From the NCBI GenBank assembly GCA_030917845.1, contig JAUPTY010000001.1, forward strand, positions 5,289-69,288: 64,000 bases of DNA. The letters are read 5' to 3'. The notes below the pieces were generated by a model. That model was not told the origin of the DNA. It did not search any database and saw only the letters and a program-made list of their open reading frames with translations. This DNA comes from Actinomycetota bacterium (lineage in GTDB: Bacteria; Actinomycetota; Thermoleophilia; Solirubrobacterales; 70-9). The position numbers and the translations under genes were made by a program. Within the stretch, counting starts at the first letter, position 1, and each line of letters opens with the position of its first letter. Below, piece after piece: positions 36,540 to 44,772 of this stretch.

Positions 36540-37306
36540 AGACAGACGATCTGACCGAAGACGAAATGCGCGACTACGTTCGGGACCGATATGCCGAGGC
36601 GGCCAAGGGCAGCTGCGGTACGGGTTGCTGCAGCGGCCAGGAGGTAAAACTTGAGAACGTCGAGGGCGAGCAGGTCTTCGGATCCTCGCTCTACGACAAG
36701 TCGACAGGAGATTCCTGCTGCTCATCTGCAGTTGAATCATCTCTCGGCTGCGGCGTCCCCACCGAGGTCGCGGACCTGAGCCAAGGGGAGACAGTGCTCG
36801 ACCTTGGATCCGGTGGTGGGGCTGACGTCCTGATCAGCGCAAAGCGGGTCGGACCGACGGGAGAGGCCATCGGCCTTGACATGACCGACGAGATGCTTGA
36901 GCTTGCGCGCAAACACGCTTCCGAATCGGGTGTGGAGAACGCCCGGTTCGTCAAGGGGTACATCGAGGAGATTCCGCTACCTGACAACAGCGTTGACGTG
37001 GTTATCTCCAACTGCGTGATCAATCTGTCCTCACGAAAAACCGAGGTCTTCAACGAGATCCACCGGGTGCTGAAGCCGGGCGCTCGTTTCGCTGTGTCGG
37101 ATGTAATTGCCGACCCCGACATGTCAGACGCAGAGCGCAAGGATCTGGCCGGCTGGGCGGGCTGCATCGCCGGTGCCCTGACCGAGGACGACTTCCGGAG
37201 CGCCCTGGAAGGATCTGGGATGACCGATGTCTCGTTCCGTGAAAGCCACCGCGTTCATGACCACGCGTCATCGATGATTGTGCGGGCGAGGAAGCCCTTG
37301 AACTGA
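36527..37306 (+). CDS. arsM: Arsenite S-adenosylmethionine methyltransferase
   Basis: 259 aa with VRDRYAEAAKGSCGTGCC, SAM motif VLDLGSGGGADV and VISNCVINLS. It overlaps arsR by 13 nt. Confidence 0.88.
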   Translation: MAELKTDDLTEDEMRDYVRDRYAEAAKGSCGTGCCSGQEVKLENVEGEQVFGSSLYDKSTGDSCCSSAVESSLGCGVPTEVADLSQGETVLDLGSGGGADVLISAKRVGPTGEAIGLDMTDEMLELARKHASESGVENARFVKGYIEEIPLPDNSVDVVISNCVINLSSRKTEVFNEIHRVLKPGARFAVSDVIADPDMSDAERKDLAGWAGCIAGALTEDDFRSALEGSGMTDVSFRESHRVHDHASSMIVRARKPLN

Positions 37307-37326
37307 CTCCAGGGCGCCCGGTCAGG

Positions 37327-37351
37327 GTTTCATCGCGACGACACGGGGTAG
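37327..37351 (+). promoter_or_regulatory. SigB/SigF-type promoter candidate (CDGSH gene)
   Basis: GTTT (37327-37330), N15, then GGGTAG (37346-37351). It ends 9 nt before the ATG, so the transcript would be near-leaderless. Confidence 0.55.
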
Positions 37352-37360
37352 CTCCGGGGT

Positions 37361-37579
37361 ATGTCGAGCGATCAGGAAGTCACAGTCATTACGCCTTACC
37401 GAAACGGGCCCTACCTGGTCCGCGGACCTTTCCGAATCGCTGACCAGGACGGCAAAGAGATCGAGATGAACCGCGAGGTCGTTGCTCTTTGCCGCTGCGG
37501 CAAGTCCAGGATCCGGCCACTCTGTGACGGCACCCACAAGACCATCGGATTCGAGTCTGAGAGCAACCGCGAGGACTGA
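37361..37579 (+). CDS. CDGSH iron-sulfur domain protein
   Basis: 72 aa with CRCGKSRIRPLCDGTH. Confidence 0.9.
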   Translation: MSSDQEVTVITPYRNGPYLVRGPFRIADQDGKEIEMNREVVALCRCGKSRIRPLCDGTHKTIGFESESNRED

Positions 37580-37616
37580 GCCGGGGTCCGCGAACGCCGG
37601 TCCGGGGTCGCCAGCC

Positions 37617-38666
37617 TCAGCTCAGTAGAGAAGTTCGGTCCTGCTCCCAGCAACCGAGCAGGTGGACAGCCAGACGCTGCTCGAGAAGGATCAGGGCACG
37701 CGCCCCGAACTGAATGTCACTCGTGAGCTCGGGCTCCAGCATCGCGAGTCCCTGGGCGAGGTCGTAGGCGGCAATGTTCTCGTGGACCGAATCGGCTTCG
37801 ACGTGCTCGTCGAAGAAGCGTGTCACCGGTTCGTCAAATCCGAGTCGCCTCAGACCGTTGCCGTAGCTTCGATTGGGGATTGCGGAACTCATCTCGAACA
37901 TCGCGAGATGGCCGGTGATTGCCCCTCGCCGGGATCGCTTCTTCCCCAAGGCTGACATCAGATTGACGGTTGCCAGAGTGGGGGCGGGTATCCGGTCCAG
38001 GTAAGCGTTCTCCGAGGAGTCGAGCCCGACCCCTTCCATGGCGCTGGCGAAAAGCCTCGAATGCATCCGCTCAGGATCGCCACCCCCGTACTCATCGGTC
38101 TGCACTTCCACCAGCGCCGCTTTCGGCTTTCCGGCGAGGCGTGGAATCGCCCAGGTATGGGGATCGGCTTCCTTCAGCTGGTAGAGCGAACGGTGCACCA
38201 TGAATTCACGAAACTGGTGGACATCAGCGCTGAACTCGAGGTATCTGGAGAGTCCCGGGCCTTCATCTTCTCTTTCGAGCCGGAAGAGCTCATCACCGAC
38301 TGCCCCCGGAATGACTGGTTCGAAGCCGCCGACTGCCGTCTCAAGGCTCCCCAGGAAGGCAGCATCGAGAAAGTTCCGGAGCTCGAAGATCTCCACGTCC
38401 TCTTCCCAGGAGTCTCCGATTCCGGGAATCGAGCGGTAGTCCAACTCGTGCAGTAGGTACTGGGTGAGTTGGAAGTCTCCACTTCCGGGGTCCGTGGCCG
38501 CCGCGAGAATCTGTTGGCTGTGAATGGAGATCAGATCACTGCCGCCGGGTTCGGAAAGATGCTCGATTACTGCTTCGCTGATTGGGCCCCGGGGCGTGAT
38601 CTCGAAGATGACCGGGGTGCCTTCGATTATTGCTTCTGATGCTGTCAACGAAACGGTGCCTTTCAT
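37617..38666 (-). CDS. Iron-containing redox enzyme family protein (heme-oxygenase-like fold)
   Basis: 349 aa with EVQTDEYGGGDPERMHSRLF and FDEHVEADSVHENI, two E/H-rich helices typical of the Haem_oxygenase_2 family. Confidence 0.7.
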   Translation of the reverse strand: MKGTVSLTASEAIIEGTPVIFEITPRGPISEAVIEHLSEPGGSDLISIHSQQILAAATDPGSGDFQLTQYLLHELDYRSIPGIGDSWEEDVEIFELRNFLDAAFLGSLETAVGGFEPVIPGAVGDELFRLEREDEGPGLSRYLEFSADVHQFREFMVHRSLYQLKEADPHTWAIPRLAGKPKAALVEVQTDEYGGGDPERMHSRLFASAMEGVGLDSSENAYLDRIPAPTLATVNLMSALGKKRSRRGAITGHLAMFEMSSAIPNRSYGNGLRRLGFDEPVTRFFDEHVEADSVHENIAAYDLAQGLAMLEPELTSDIQFGARALILLEQRLAVHLLGCWEQDRTSLLS

Positions 38667-38696
38667 TCGAGATACCTGATGCCGGGCAGGGAACGG

Positions 38697-38721
38697 GTAC
38701 CCGTTATTAGCCGAACTACAC
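38697..38721 (-). promoter_or_regulatory. SigB/SigF-type promoter candidate (heme-oxygenase-like gene)
   Basis: The minus strand reads GTGT (38721-38718), N15, then GGGTAC (38702-38697). Confidence 0.5.
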
Positions 38722-38724
38722 CGG

Positions 38725-39963
38725 TCAGACGAGTTGAAAGATGGCTCCCGCGATGCCTGCGCCGAGGATCACCAGAACCATGGTCAGCTTTCCCTGGAAA
38801 CGGTAGAGAACCGCGAACGAAACGAGGGCGATGATCAACGCAGATCCGTCAGTGATGCTCTCGCGGAGTATCTGGACGGTCACCGCCGCGATCAGACCGA
38901 TCACCCCGGCCGCGACTCCGAGCAGAAAGGGCCTTATCACCGGGTTTTCTGCCGTTGCCACCAGCTGGTGATGAAAAAAGATCGGGAGCACGAAGGCCGG
39001 TAGAAAGATGCCCAGCGTCATCAGCAGCGCCCCGGAAAGACCGCCCGCGAGGTAACCGACAAAGGTCGAGAAGATGATGAGTGGCGCTGGCAGCACCCCG
39101 CTGATCGCGATCCCGTCGAGAAACTCGTCATTGGTCAACCAGCCCTGGTTGTCGACGGCAACGTCCTGCAGGAAGGGGACCACTGTGTAGGCGCCACCGA
39201 ACGTGAGCAAACCGGCCTTCAGCCCCTCGAGGAAGATCGTCGCACCAAGCGGCAAGCTCACCGCAGCGAGCAGGCCCAACACCAGCCAGCCGCCCGGGAG
39301 GGCGACGGAGGTGGCTCCCCTGAAGAACAGACCCCTTTCGATCCAGGCCCAATAGGCAAGACCGGCCAGAACCAGAACCAGAAAAAAGGAGAGCCCTGCG
39401 CCGAGGGTCAGAGCGAGGCTCGCTATCGCTATCAGGGCGAGGGGGACGTCGTTTATGAACTTGCGTCCGAGCCGCACGATGGCCATTGCCATCAGGGCAC
39501 CGACCGCGGCCTGGACTCCAAAAAATGCCTCCTCGAAGCGTTCGCTGAGCCCGGCCTTCACATAGAGCACAGAAAACCCGAGCATGAGCAGGAAACCGGG
39601 GAGCATGAAGCCGAGACCGGCGAGAAAGCCACCGAGTTTGCCTCCGCGAATCCTCCCGAAGTAGACACAGAGCTCATGGGCCTCGGGACCCGGCAGCACT
39701 TGATAGACAGCGAGAGTCTTCTTGAAAGTTTCCTGGTCGACCCAGCCCTCATCCTCGACGCACTCCTTCGAGATCATCGCGATCTGCGCTGCCGGCCCGC
39801 CCCAGGCGAGTGACCCGAACTTCAGGAAACGCAGAAAGATCGAAGCCGGAGAATCATGCCCCGCCGAGGACAGGGGAGCTACCGGAGGAGGGGGGAGGGG
39901 CATCGGTTCGCCAACAGTATTTGTTCCCCTGACCAGACTCGTGAACGAAATGAGACTTTGCAC
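38725..39963 (-). CDS. chrA: Chromate efflux transporter ChrA (fused two-CHR-domain form)
   Basis: FLRFLKFGSLAWGGPAAQIAMISKECVEDEGWVDQETFKKTLAVYQVLPGPEAHEL, with a second repeat GLLTFGGAYTVVPFLQ. The start may instead be the internal ATG (MPLPPPP). Confidence 0.88.
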   Translation of the reverse strand: MQSLISFTSLVRGTNTVGEPMPLPPPPVAPLSSAGHDSPASIFLRFLKFGSLAWGGPAAQIAMISKECVEDEGWVDQETFKKTLAVYQVLPGPEAHELCVYFGRIRGGKLGGFLAGLGFMLPGFLLMLGFSVLYVKAGLSERFEEAFFGVQAAVGALMAMAIVRLGRKFINDVPLALIAIASLALTLGAGLSFFLVLVLAGLAYWAWIERGLFFRGATSVALPGGWLVLGLLAAVSLPLGATIFLEGLKAGLLTFGGAYTVVPFLQDVAVDNQGWLTNDEFLDGIAISGVLPAPLIIFSTFVGYLAGGLSGALLMTLGIFLPAFVLPIFFHHQLVATAENPVIRPFLLGVAAGVIGLIAAVTVQILRESITDGSALIIALVSFAVLYRFQGKLTMVLVILGAGIAGAIFQLV

Positions 39964-40062
39964 GCTGGCGATTCCTGTGACCAGCCATTGCGCGAGGGAT
40001 ATTGAAACGAGTTGAAGCTACGAGCAATAGGGTCATTGAATGACTGAAGGATCTGAAACCTC

Positions 40063-40833
40063 ATGAGCTCGACCGATACCTGGGCATGCCTGGATCGAAC
40101 CGGTCCGGTCGCCACGATCACCCTCCAGGCACCGACTGGTCCCAGCCGCATCAACGTTGATAGTGCCCGCGAGTGGCTCGCGGCGTTGCGCGAAGCTGAT
40201 GCTGACCCGGAAGTCCGGGTGATCGTGAACAGGGCGGAGGGTCCGGTCTGGAGTGCAGGCGGTGATCTGCCGGCATTCCGGGACCACGGGGAGGAAGCCC
40301 ATGACTTCGTTCGGGAGATCGGTAGCTGGATCAATGCCGTGGTCGCCCTCCTGTACGAATCAAGCAAGCTGACCGTTGCTTCGGTGCACGGCGCCGTGGC
40401 CGGTGGAGGTCTGGGGGCGATGCTGGCCTGTGATCTGGTGATCGCTTCGAAGGAGACTGCCTTCACGCTCGGTTACGCGAAACTCGCGACCAATCCGGAC
40501 GCTGGCGTGAGCTGGTTTCTCCCTCGCATCGTCGGATACCGGAAGGCGCTCGAGCTTTACCTGACTTCGCAACGACTCTCGGCCACGGAAGCGCTGGATC
40601 TTGGCTTGATCAATTACGTCGTCCCGCCAGAAGAACTGACATCGGCGACCGGGAATCTGGTGGAGGAGCTTGCCCTTCTCGCGCCGAACGCGGTCGCTTC
40701 AACCAAGCAGCTGCTTCAGGCAAGCGAGAGCTCGACACTTGAGCGACACGCGGACGCCGAGATCCGCGCCTTCGCCGACAACACAAGGTCGTCGACCTTC
40801 GCCGAAGGTGTCGCTGCGTTTCTGAAGAAGTGA
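40063..40833 (+). CDS. Enoyl-CoA hydratase/isomerase family protein
   Basis: 256 aa with a crotonase fold (VASVHGAVAGGGLGAMLACDL). Confidence 0.88.
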   Translation: MSSTDTWACLDRTGPVATITLQAPTGPSRINVDSAREWLAALREADADPEVRVIVNRAEGPVWSAGGDLPAFRDHGEEAHDFVREIGSWINAVVALLYESSKLTVASVHGAVAGGGLGAMLACDLVIASKETAFTLGYAKLATNPDAGVSWFLPRIVGYRKALELYLTSQRLSATEALDLGLINYVVPPEELTSATGNLVEELALLAPNAVASTKQLLQASESSTLERHADAEIRAFADNTRSSTFAEGVAAFLKK

Positions 40834-40858
40834 TCCCGTACTTGCCGAAAGGACTCCG

Positions 40859-41278
40859 ATGACCATCCGGCTCAACCCGCACCTGAATTTCAAGGACAAC
40901 GCCCGCGAGGCAATGACCTTCTACCACTCGATCCTCGGAGGGGAGATCACCTTCTCCACTTTTGGCGAGTTCGGCCTCAGCGAGGACCCGGCCGAGCAGG
41001 ACAAGATCATGCATTCGATGATCACTACTCCCGACGGTATGGTCCTGATGGGCTCGGACACGCCCAGCCATATCGACTCCGGCGGGGGTCACTCGGGCTA
41101 CTCCGTGACGATCAACGGCGACGAAGAAGAAGGGCTGGGGGGTTTTTTCGAAAAGCTGAGCGGAGGCGGGACCGTGACCACGCCCTTCGGAGAGGCGCCC
41201 TGGGGAGCGATCTTCGGCATGTGTGTCGACAGGTTCGGCATCGACTGGATGATCAATTGCCAGAAAATGGGGGCTTGA
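40859..41278 (+). CDS. VOC (glyoxalase/PhnB-like) family protein
   Basis: 139 aa with LNFKDNAREAMTFYHSILGGE and FGMCVDRFGIDWMI. Confidence 0.8.
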   Translation: MTIRLNPHLNFKDNAREAMTFYHSILGGEITFSTFGEFGLSEDPAEQDKIMHSMITTPDGMVLMGSDTPSHIDSGGGHSGYSVTINGDEEEGLGGFFEKLSGGGTVTTPFGEAPWGAIFGMCVDRFGIDWMINCQKMGA

Positions 41279-41284
41279 GTCAGC

Positions 41285-41887
41285 TTGGACACGACCTGCC
41301 ACGTGTCTGTATCGCTCGACGGCTTCGTCGCCGGGCCGGAACAGAGTGAAGAGGATCCGCTCGGCAAGCGAGGGAAAGAAGTCCACGCCTGGCACCTTGG
41401 CGGCGACCGCGTAAACGATGCGAACAGGACGGCGGCCGGCTGGCTCATGCGTCCGCGCGGTGCCTACGTCATGGGGCGCAACATGTTCGGACCAACCCGC
41501 GGCGAATGGGAAAAAGACTGGCGCGGCTGGTGGGGGCCTGAGCCGCCGTACCACGCGCCAGTTTTCGTGCTTACCCATTACGCCCGCCAACCGATCGAGA
41601 TGGAGGGCGGCACGACCTTCTACTTCGTCACCGAGGGCTTCGACGCGGCCTACGCACAGGCGCTGGAGACGGCCGGAGAAAACGGTGTTGACATCGCCGG
41701 CGGAGCTTCGACCGTTCGACAGGCCCTGATCGCCGGGGTCATCGACGAGCTTACGCTTGACATCAGGCCGGTCCTGCTGGGATCCGGAGAGCGCATCTTC
41801 GACGGAGTTGAGTCATTCGACATGGAGCCGGTGGAGGTTCTGCATTCACCGCTGGCCACACACATCCGCTATCGCCGCACCGGGTGA
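41285..41887 (+). CDS. Dihydrofolate reductase family protein (RibD C-terminal domain type)
   Basis: 200 aa with a TTG start. HVSVSLDGFVAGPEQ, TFYFVTEG, LIAGVIDELTLDIRPVLLGSGERIF. Confidence 0.8.
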   Translation: MDTTCHVSVSLDGFVAGPEQSEEDPLGKRGKEVHAWHLGGDRVNDANRTAAGWLMRPRGAYVMGRNMFGPTRGEWEKDWRGWWGPEPPYHAPVFVLTHYARQPIEMEGGTTFYFVTEGFDAAYAQALETAGENGVDIAGGASTVRQALIAGVIDELTLDIRPVLLGSGERIFDGVESFDMEPVEVLHSPLATHIRYRRTG

Positions 41888-42133
41888 ACGGAAGGACAGC
41901 CATAGCCAACGCCATTGAGCTCAACTTTCCAAGTTGACATAAGACACATTATCGAGCATAGGGCGAGAATTGGCATGGTTGGCGGGAAACCGGCTCCCAC
42001 GCGGATCTCGCATTACAAACTTCGTCTTCGATCACGCTCGTCGAAGGTCGCCGTTCACCACGGTTCCGGCAAGAACTGAGAATTTTTGGGACAGCTGTAA
42101 CGCTGGGCGCGCCCAAACCATTCAGTAGTAGAC

Positions 42134-42670
42134 GTGAAGATCAAGAGCAAAGAAACCCCCGGGTTCGAGGCTGTGGAGCAGCTGCGGCCCATGATTGCCG
42201 CCTATTGCAGGCGGCGAGGAAGCAGGGATCCGGAAGGAATCACCGCCGAAGTGATCGCCATTGCCTGGGCGCAACGCGAAGATCTGAACCTCAAGCATTG
42301 CCGGGCCTGGTTGATTACCACCGCTCGCAACCTCCTGTTTGACGAATACCGGGCCCGCAGCCGAACCTTTCCGGTCGACCCTGCAACCATCACCAAGTTC
42401 GACTCTCGGAGGGAACCTGACTTCGAGATTGAATCTCTCGATTCCGAGCTGAGTCACGCCCTCCAGTCCTTGTCACCGAAAGATCGGGAAGCGGTGCTTC
42501 TGATCGCTTGGGAGGAACTGACGCCCGCAGAGGCCTCGAGATCCCTCGGCCTGTCTTCTACGGCCTTTCGGGTTCGACTTCATCGTGCTCGTCACCGACT
42601 CAGGCGATCACTGGAACAAAGCGCCACCTCGCTCGAAGCGAGGGTCAGCCAAGTGGAGGAACCGATATGA
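42134..42670 (+). CDS. ECF-type RNA polymerase sigma factor
   Basis: 178 aa with a GTG start. Region 2 is AEVIAIAWAQRE...WLITTARNLLFDEYR. Region 4 is LSPKDREAVLLIAWEELTPAEASRSLGLSSTAFRVRLHRARHRL. Confidence 0.88.
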   Translation: MKIKSKETPGFEAVEQLRPMIAAYCRRRGSRDPEGITAEVIAIAWAQREDLNLKHCRAWLITTARNLLFDEYRARSRTFPVDPATITKFDSRREPDFEIESLDSELSHALQSLSPKDREAVLLIAWEELTPAEASRSLGLSSTAFRVRLHRARHRLRRSLEQSATSLEARVSQVEEPI

Positions 42671-43449
42671 CCAACGCGCAACTGAACGCAAGGCTCCGGG
42701 CAGCGAATCCCGTTCCCGTCGAGAGCGTGCCGCCAGGCCTCGGACATTCGAGGATGAACAGGTTCATGCAAGTAGCTTTGGCCGTTCTGGCCGCGATGTC
42801 CGTCGGTGTAGGAGCCGCCTGGGCCACCAGCGGCACGAACCCCTTCTCCTCCCTCTTCTCCAATACCGTGAAGCTGAGTGAATCCGAAGTAGGTCGCGAA
42901 TCGATTTCGGCGCTGCAGCCGATGACCCAGGAGTCGCTCGAAACACTGGAACCAAGAATTGCCGAGACGGCAGTGGTCCGGGCCGCTGGTGAGACCGCGA
43001 GGCAGATGCGACTTGAGGGACAGGCTCCCCTGAGCCTTCGCAAGGCAGCCTCCGAGCCCGACCCCACGACGATCTCCGCGTTCGCACAGGTGAAGACGAA
43101 CCTCGGAACACCTGCCATTTTGCTGGTCGTGGACGACACGATCTGCTCCTTCACCGGACCCGAAAGCTACGGAGTGAGCGACTGCGCCGCCCTGGACGAC
43201 GTCGGAGAAGGTGAGGTAATCACCTGGCGCTCGGAAACAGATAGTCCAAATCTGAAACACGTGACCGGCCTCTTCGATGATCAGGTAGCCGCGATCGATG
43301 TTGCGGGCGACGCGAAACCGCCGATTCGAATTTCCGGCAATGTCCTTGAACTCAGGAACGTTGACTCACGAAGTATCTCCCTCGTTGGATTTGACGATCG
43401 CGGAAGAGAACTATTTCGTAACAAAACCACACTGAGTTCAAGCCCCTAG
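42667..43449 (+). CDS. Single-pass membrane protein downstream of the ECF sigma (putative anti-sigma factor)
   Basis: ATG 42667 overlaps the sigma stop (ATGA). It has a short cytoplasmic N-terminus, the TM FMQVALAVLAAMSVGVGAAWA, and an extracytoplasmic domain of ~200 aa. Confidence 0.6.
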   Translation: MTNAQLNARLRAANPVPVESVPPGLGHSRMNRFMQVALAVLAAMSVGVGAAWATSGTNPFSSLFSNTVKLSESEVGRESISALQPMTQESLETLEPRIAETAVVRAAGETARQMRLEGQAPLSLRKAASEPDPTTISAFAQVKTNLGTPAILLVVDDTICSFTGPESYGVSDCAALDDVGEGEVITWRSETDSPNLKHVTGLFDDQVAAIDVAGDAKPPIRISGNVLELRNVDSRSISLVGFDDRGRELFRNKTTLSSSP

Positions 43450-43537
43450 AGGTTTTTTATAGGCCCACGGCCATTCGTAAGTAAACAAACAAACATATGT
43501 GGATTTACGGTTCTAGTCCCCCCTTGGGCGGATCAAA

Positions 43538-43565
43538 TTGACATTGCACAAATTCGGTTTATATA
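43538..43565 (+). promoter_or_regulatory. Housekeeping-type promoter candidate in an AT-rich spacer
   Basis: TTGACA (43538-43543), a 16-nt spacer, then TATATA (43560-43565). Confidence 0.4.
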
Positions 43566-43662
43566 CCTTTCAACAAGACCGGAAACCTCGACACATTAAT
43601 GCTAAGCTCGATCTGAGTTAGTGGCGGGCACATATTTCGGGGAACGGAGGAGTTGAGCACCA

Positions 43663-44106
43663 ATGAACTCATGCCAAAGGGGATCTGTAGCTATTTCCAG
43701 GCTTCGGGCCGCGACACTTCTGGCAATAGCGATACTGGCGTCCATGATCGCTCTGGGACGAGCTCAGGAGGCCAAGGCTCACAACGATTCCTGTGCGGGG
43801 CTGGCAAGCGTCTGGTGGTGTGAGTGGTACGACAATTCGCTTCCAACCACCACCCGTCACTGGTTCAATGCCGACGTGACCAAACGAAATTGGCTAATGG
43901 GACAGGTCTGGGACGTTTACCCGAACTCCATGCAGAAAAAGTGTGTTGCGATCAAGGACGATGGAGGCACGATCTTTCAGGTTGCATGCGGAACCGGTAG
44001 CCCAAGTGGCAACATTCCGCCTAGTTGGAGGCCCGGCTGGATGTTTAATTATCACTGGGCAGATGGCAACCGCTATATCGGCTCTAACGCAACCCACCCC
44101 CGGTGA
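43663..44106 (+). CDS. Secreted Trp/Cys-rich protein of unknown function
   Basis: 147 aa with a signal peptide ending AQEAKA. The mature part has 4 Cys and many Trp (SVWWCEWYDN, PSWRPGWMFNYHWADG). Its GC is visibly lower than the flanking DNA. Confidence 0.65.
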   Translation: MNSCQRGSVAISRLRAATLLAIAILASMIALGRAQEAKAHNDSCAGLASVWWCEWYDNSLPTTTRHWFNADVTKRNWLMGQVWDVYPNSMQKKCVAIKDDGGTIFQVACGTGSPSGNIPPSWRPGWMFNYHWADGNRYIGSNATHPR

Positions 44107-44771
44107 TCAGGAGATCGATGAACATGACACTTTCCAGGCGAGACAAGTATTCCCTGATTGCATTCATGGCAGTGCTGGCAGCCTTCGGAGCATTCATGCT
44201 TGACCGGCCAGGTGGTATTGCGTCGGCCGGAACCGAGTCCGAGGAGCCTTCGCTGGCGGTTATTGAGCCAGCAAGCGAGAGCACAATCAGTGAGCAACCA
44301 GAGGCTGTGCGAGAGCAGCTCGAACTGGTGACGGACGGTGTAGCTGCGAGAAGCCCGACGGAGCCGGTTGAGGTCACCGGAATCGGCGACACCGTGATTC
44401 CCGGTGAGGGCAAGGTGTCAGTCGCGCAGGTTGGTGAAGAAGTGTGTGCCTTCCAGGTCTACGAGATCGGCAGCTGCGCTGACGAAGCGGAGATAGCCAT
44501 GGGCAGGATTTTCACCGCGACTCCCGCCGGTTGTGAGCACTACGACGTTCTGGGGATCGTCGGCAACGACATTGAGTCGATTCTTGTGTCTCCGGAAGGG
44601 GAATCAGGCTACCGACTGGACGTGGTCGAAAACATCTATCTCGGGACGTTCGCCGCTGTCCAGACTGCCATCACCGGGCTGGATGCTTCGGGCAACACGG
44701 CTTTAACGAATCTCCTTCCCCTGGGTGAGTACCTGGAGCAGAACGAAGCCTGTCAGCAGCGCACCGGGTAG
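44103..44771 (+). CDS. Membrane-anchored protein of unknown function
   Basis: 222 aa. A GTGA overlap links it to the preceding gene. TM YSLIAFMAVLAAFGAFML. The C-terminal domain resembles that of the 42667 protein. Confidence 0.6.
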   Translation: MIRRSMNMTLSRRDKYSLIAFMAVLAAFGAFMLDRPGGIASAGTESEEPSLAVIEPASESTISEQPEAVREQLELVTDGVAARSPTEPVEVTGIGDTVIPGEGKVSVAQVGEEVCAFQVYEIGSCADEAEIAMGRIFTATPAGCEHYDVLGIVGNDIESILVSPEGESGYRLDVVENIYLGTFAAVQTAITGLDASGNTALTNLLPLGEYLEQNEACQQRTG

Positions 44772-44772
44772 C

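Noticed and set aside
37580-37612. CCGGGGTC repeated twice between the CDGSH and heme-oxygenase-like genes, considered as a terminator hairpin.
   Set aside because: The two copies are direct rather than inverted, so they do not form a stem.
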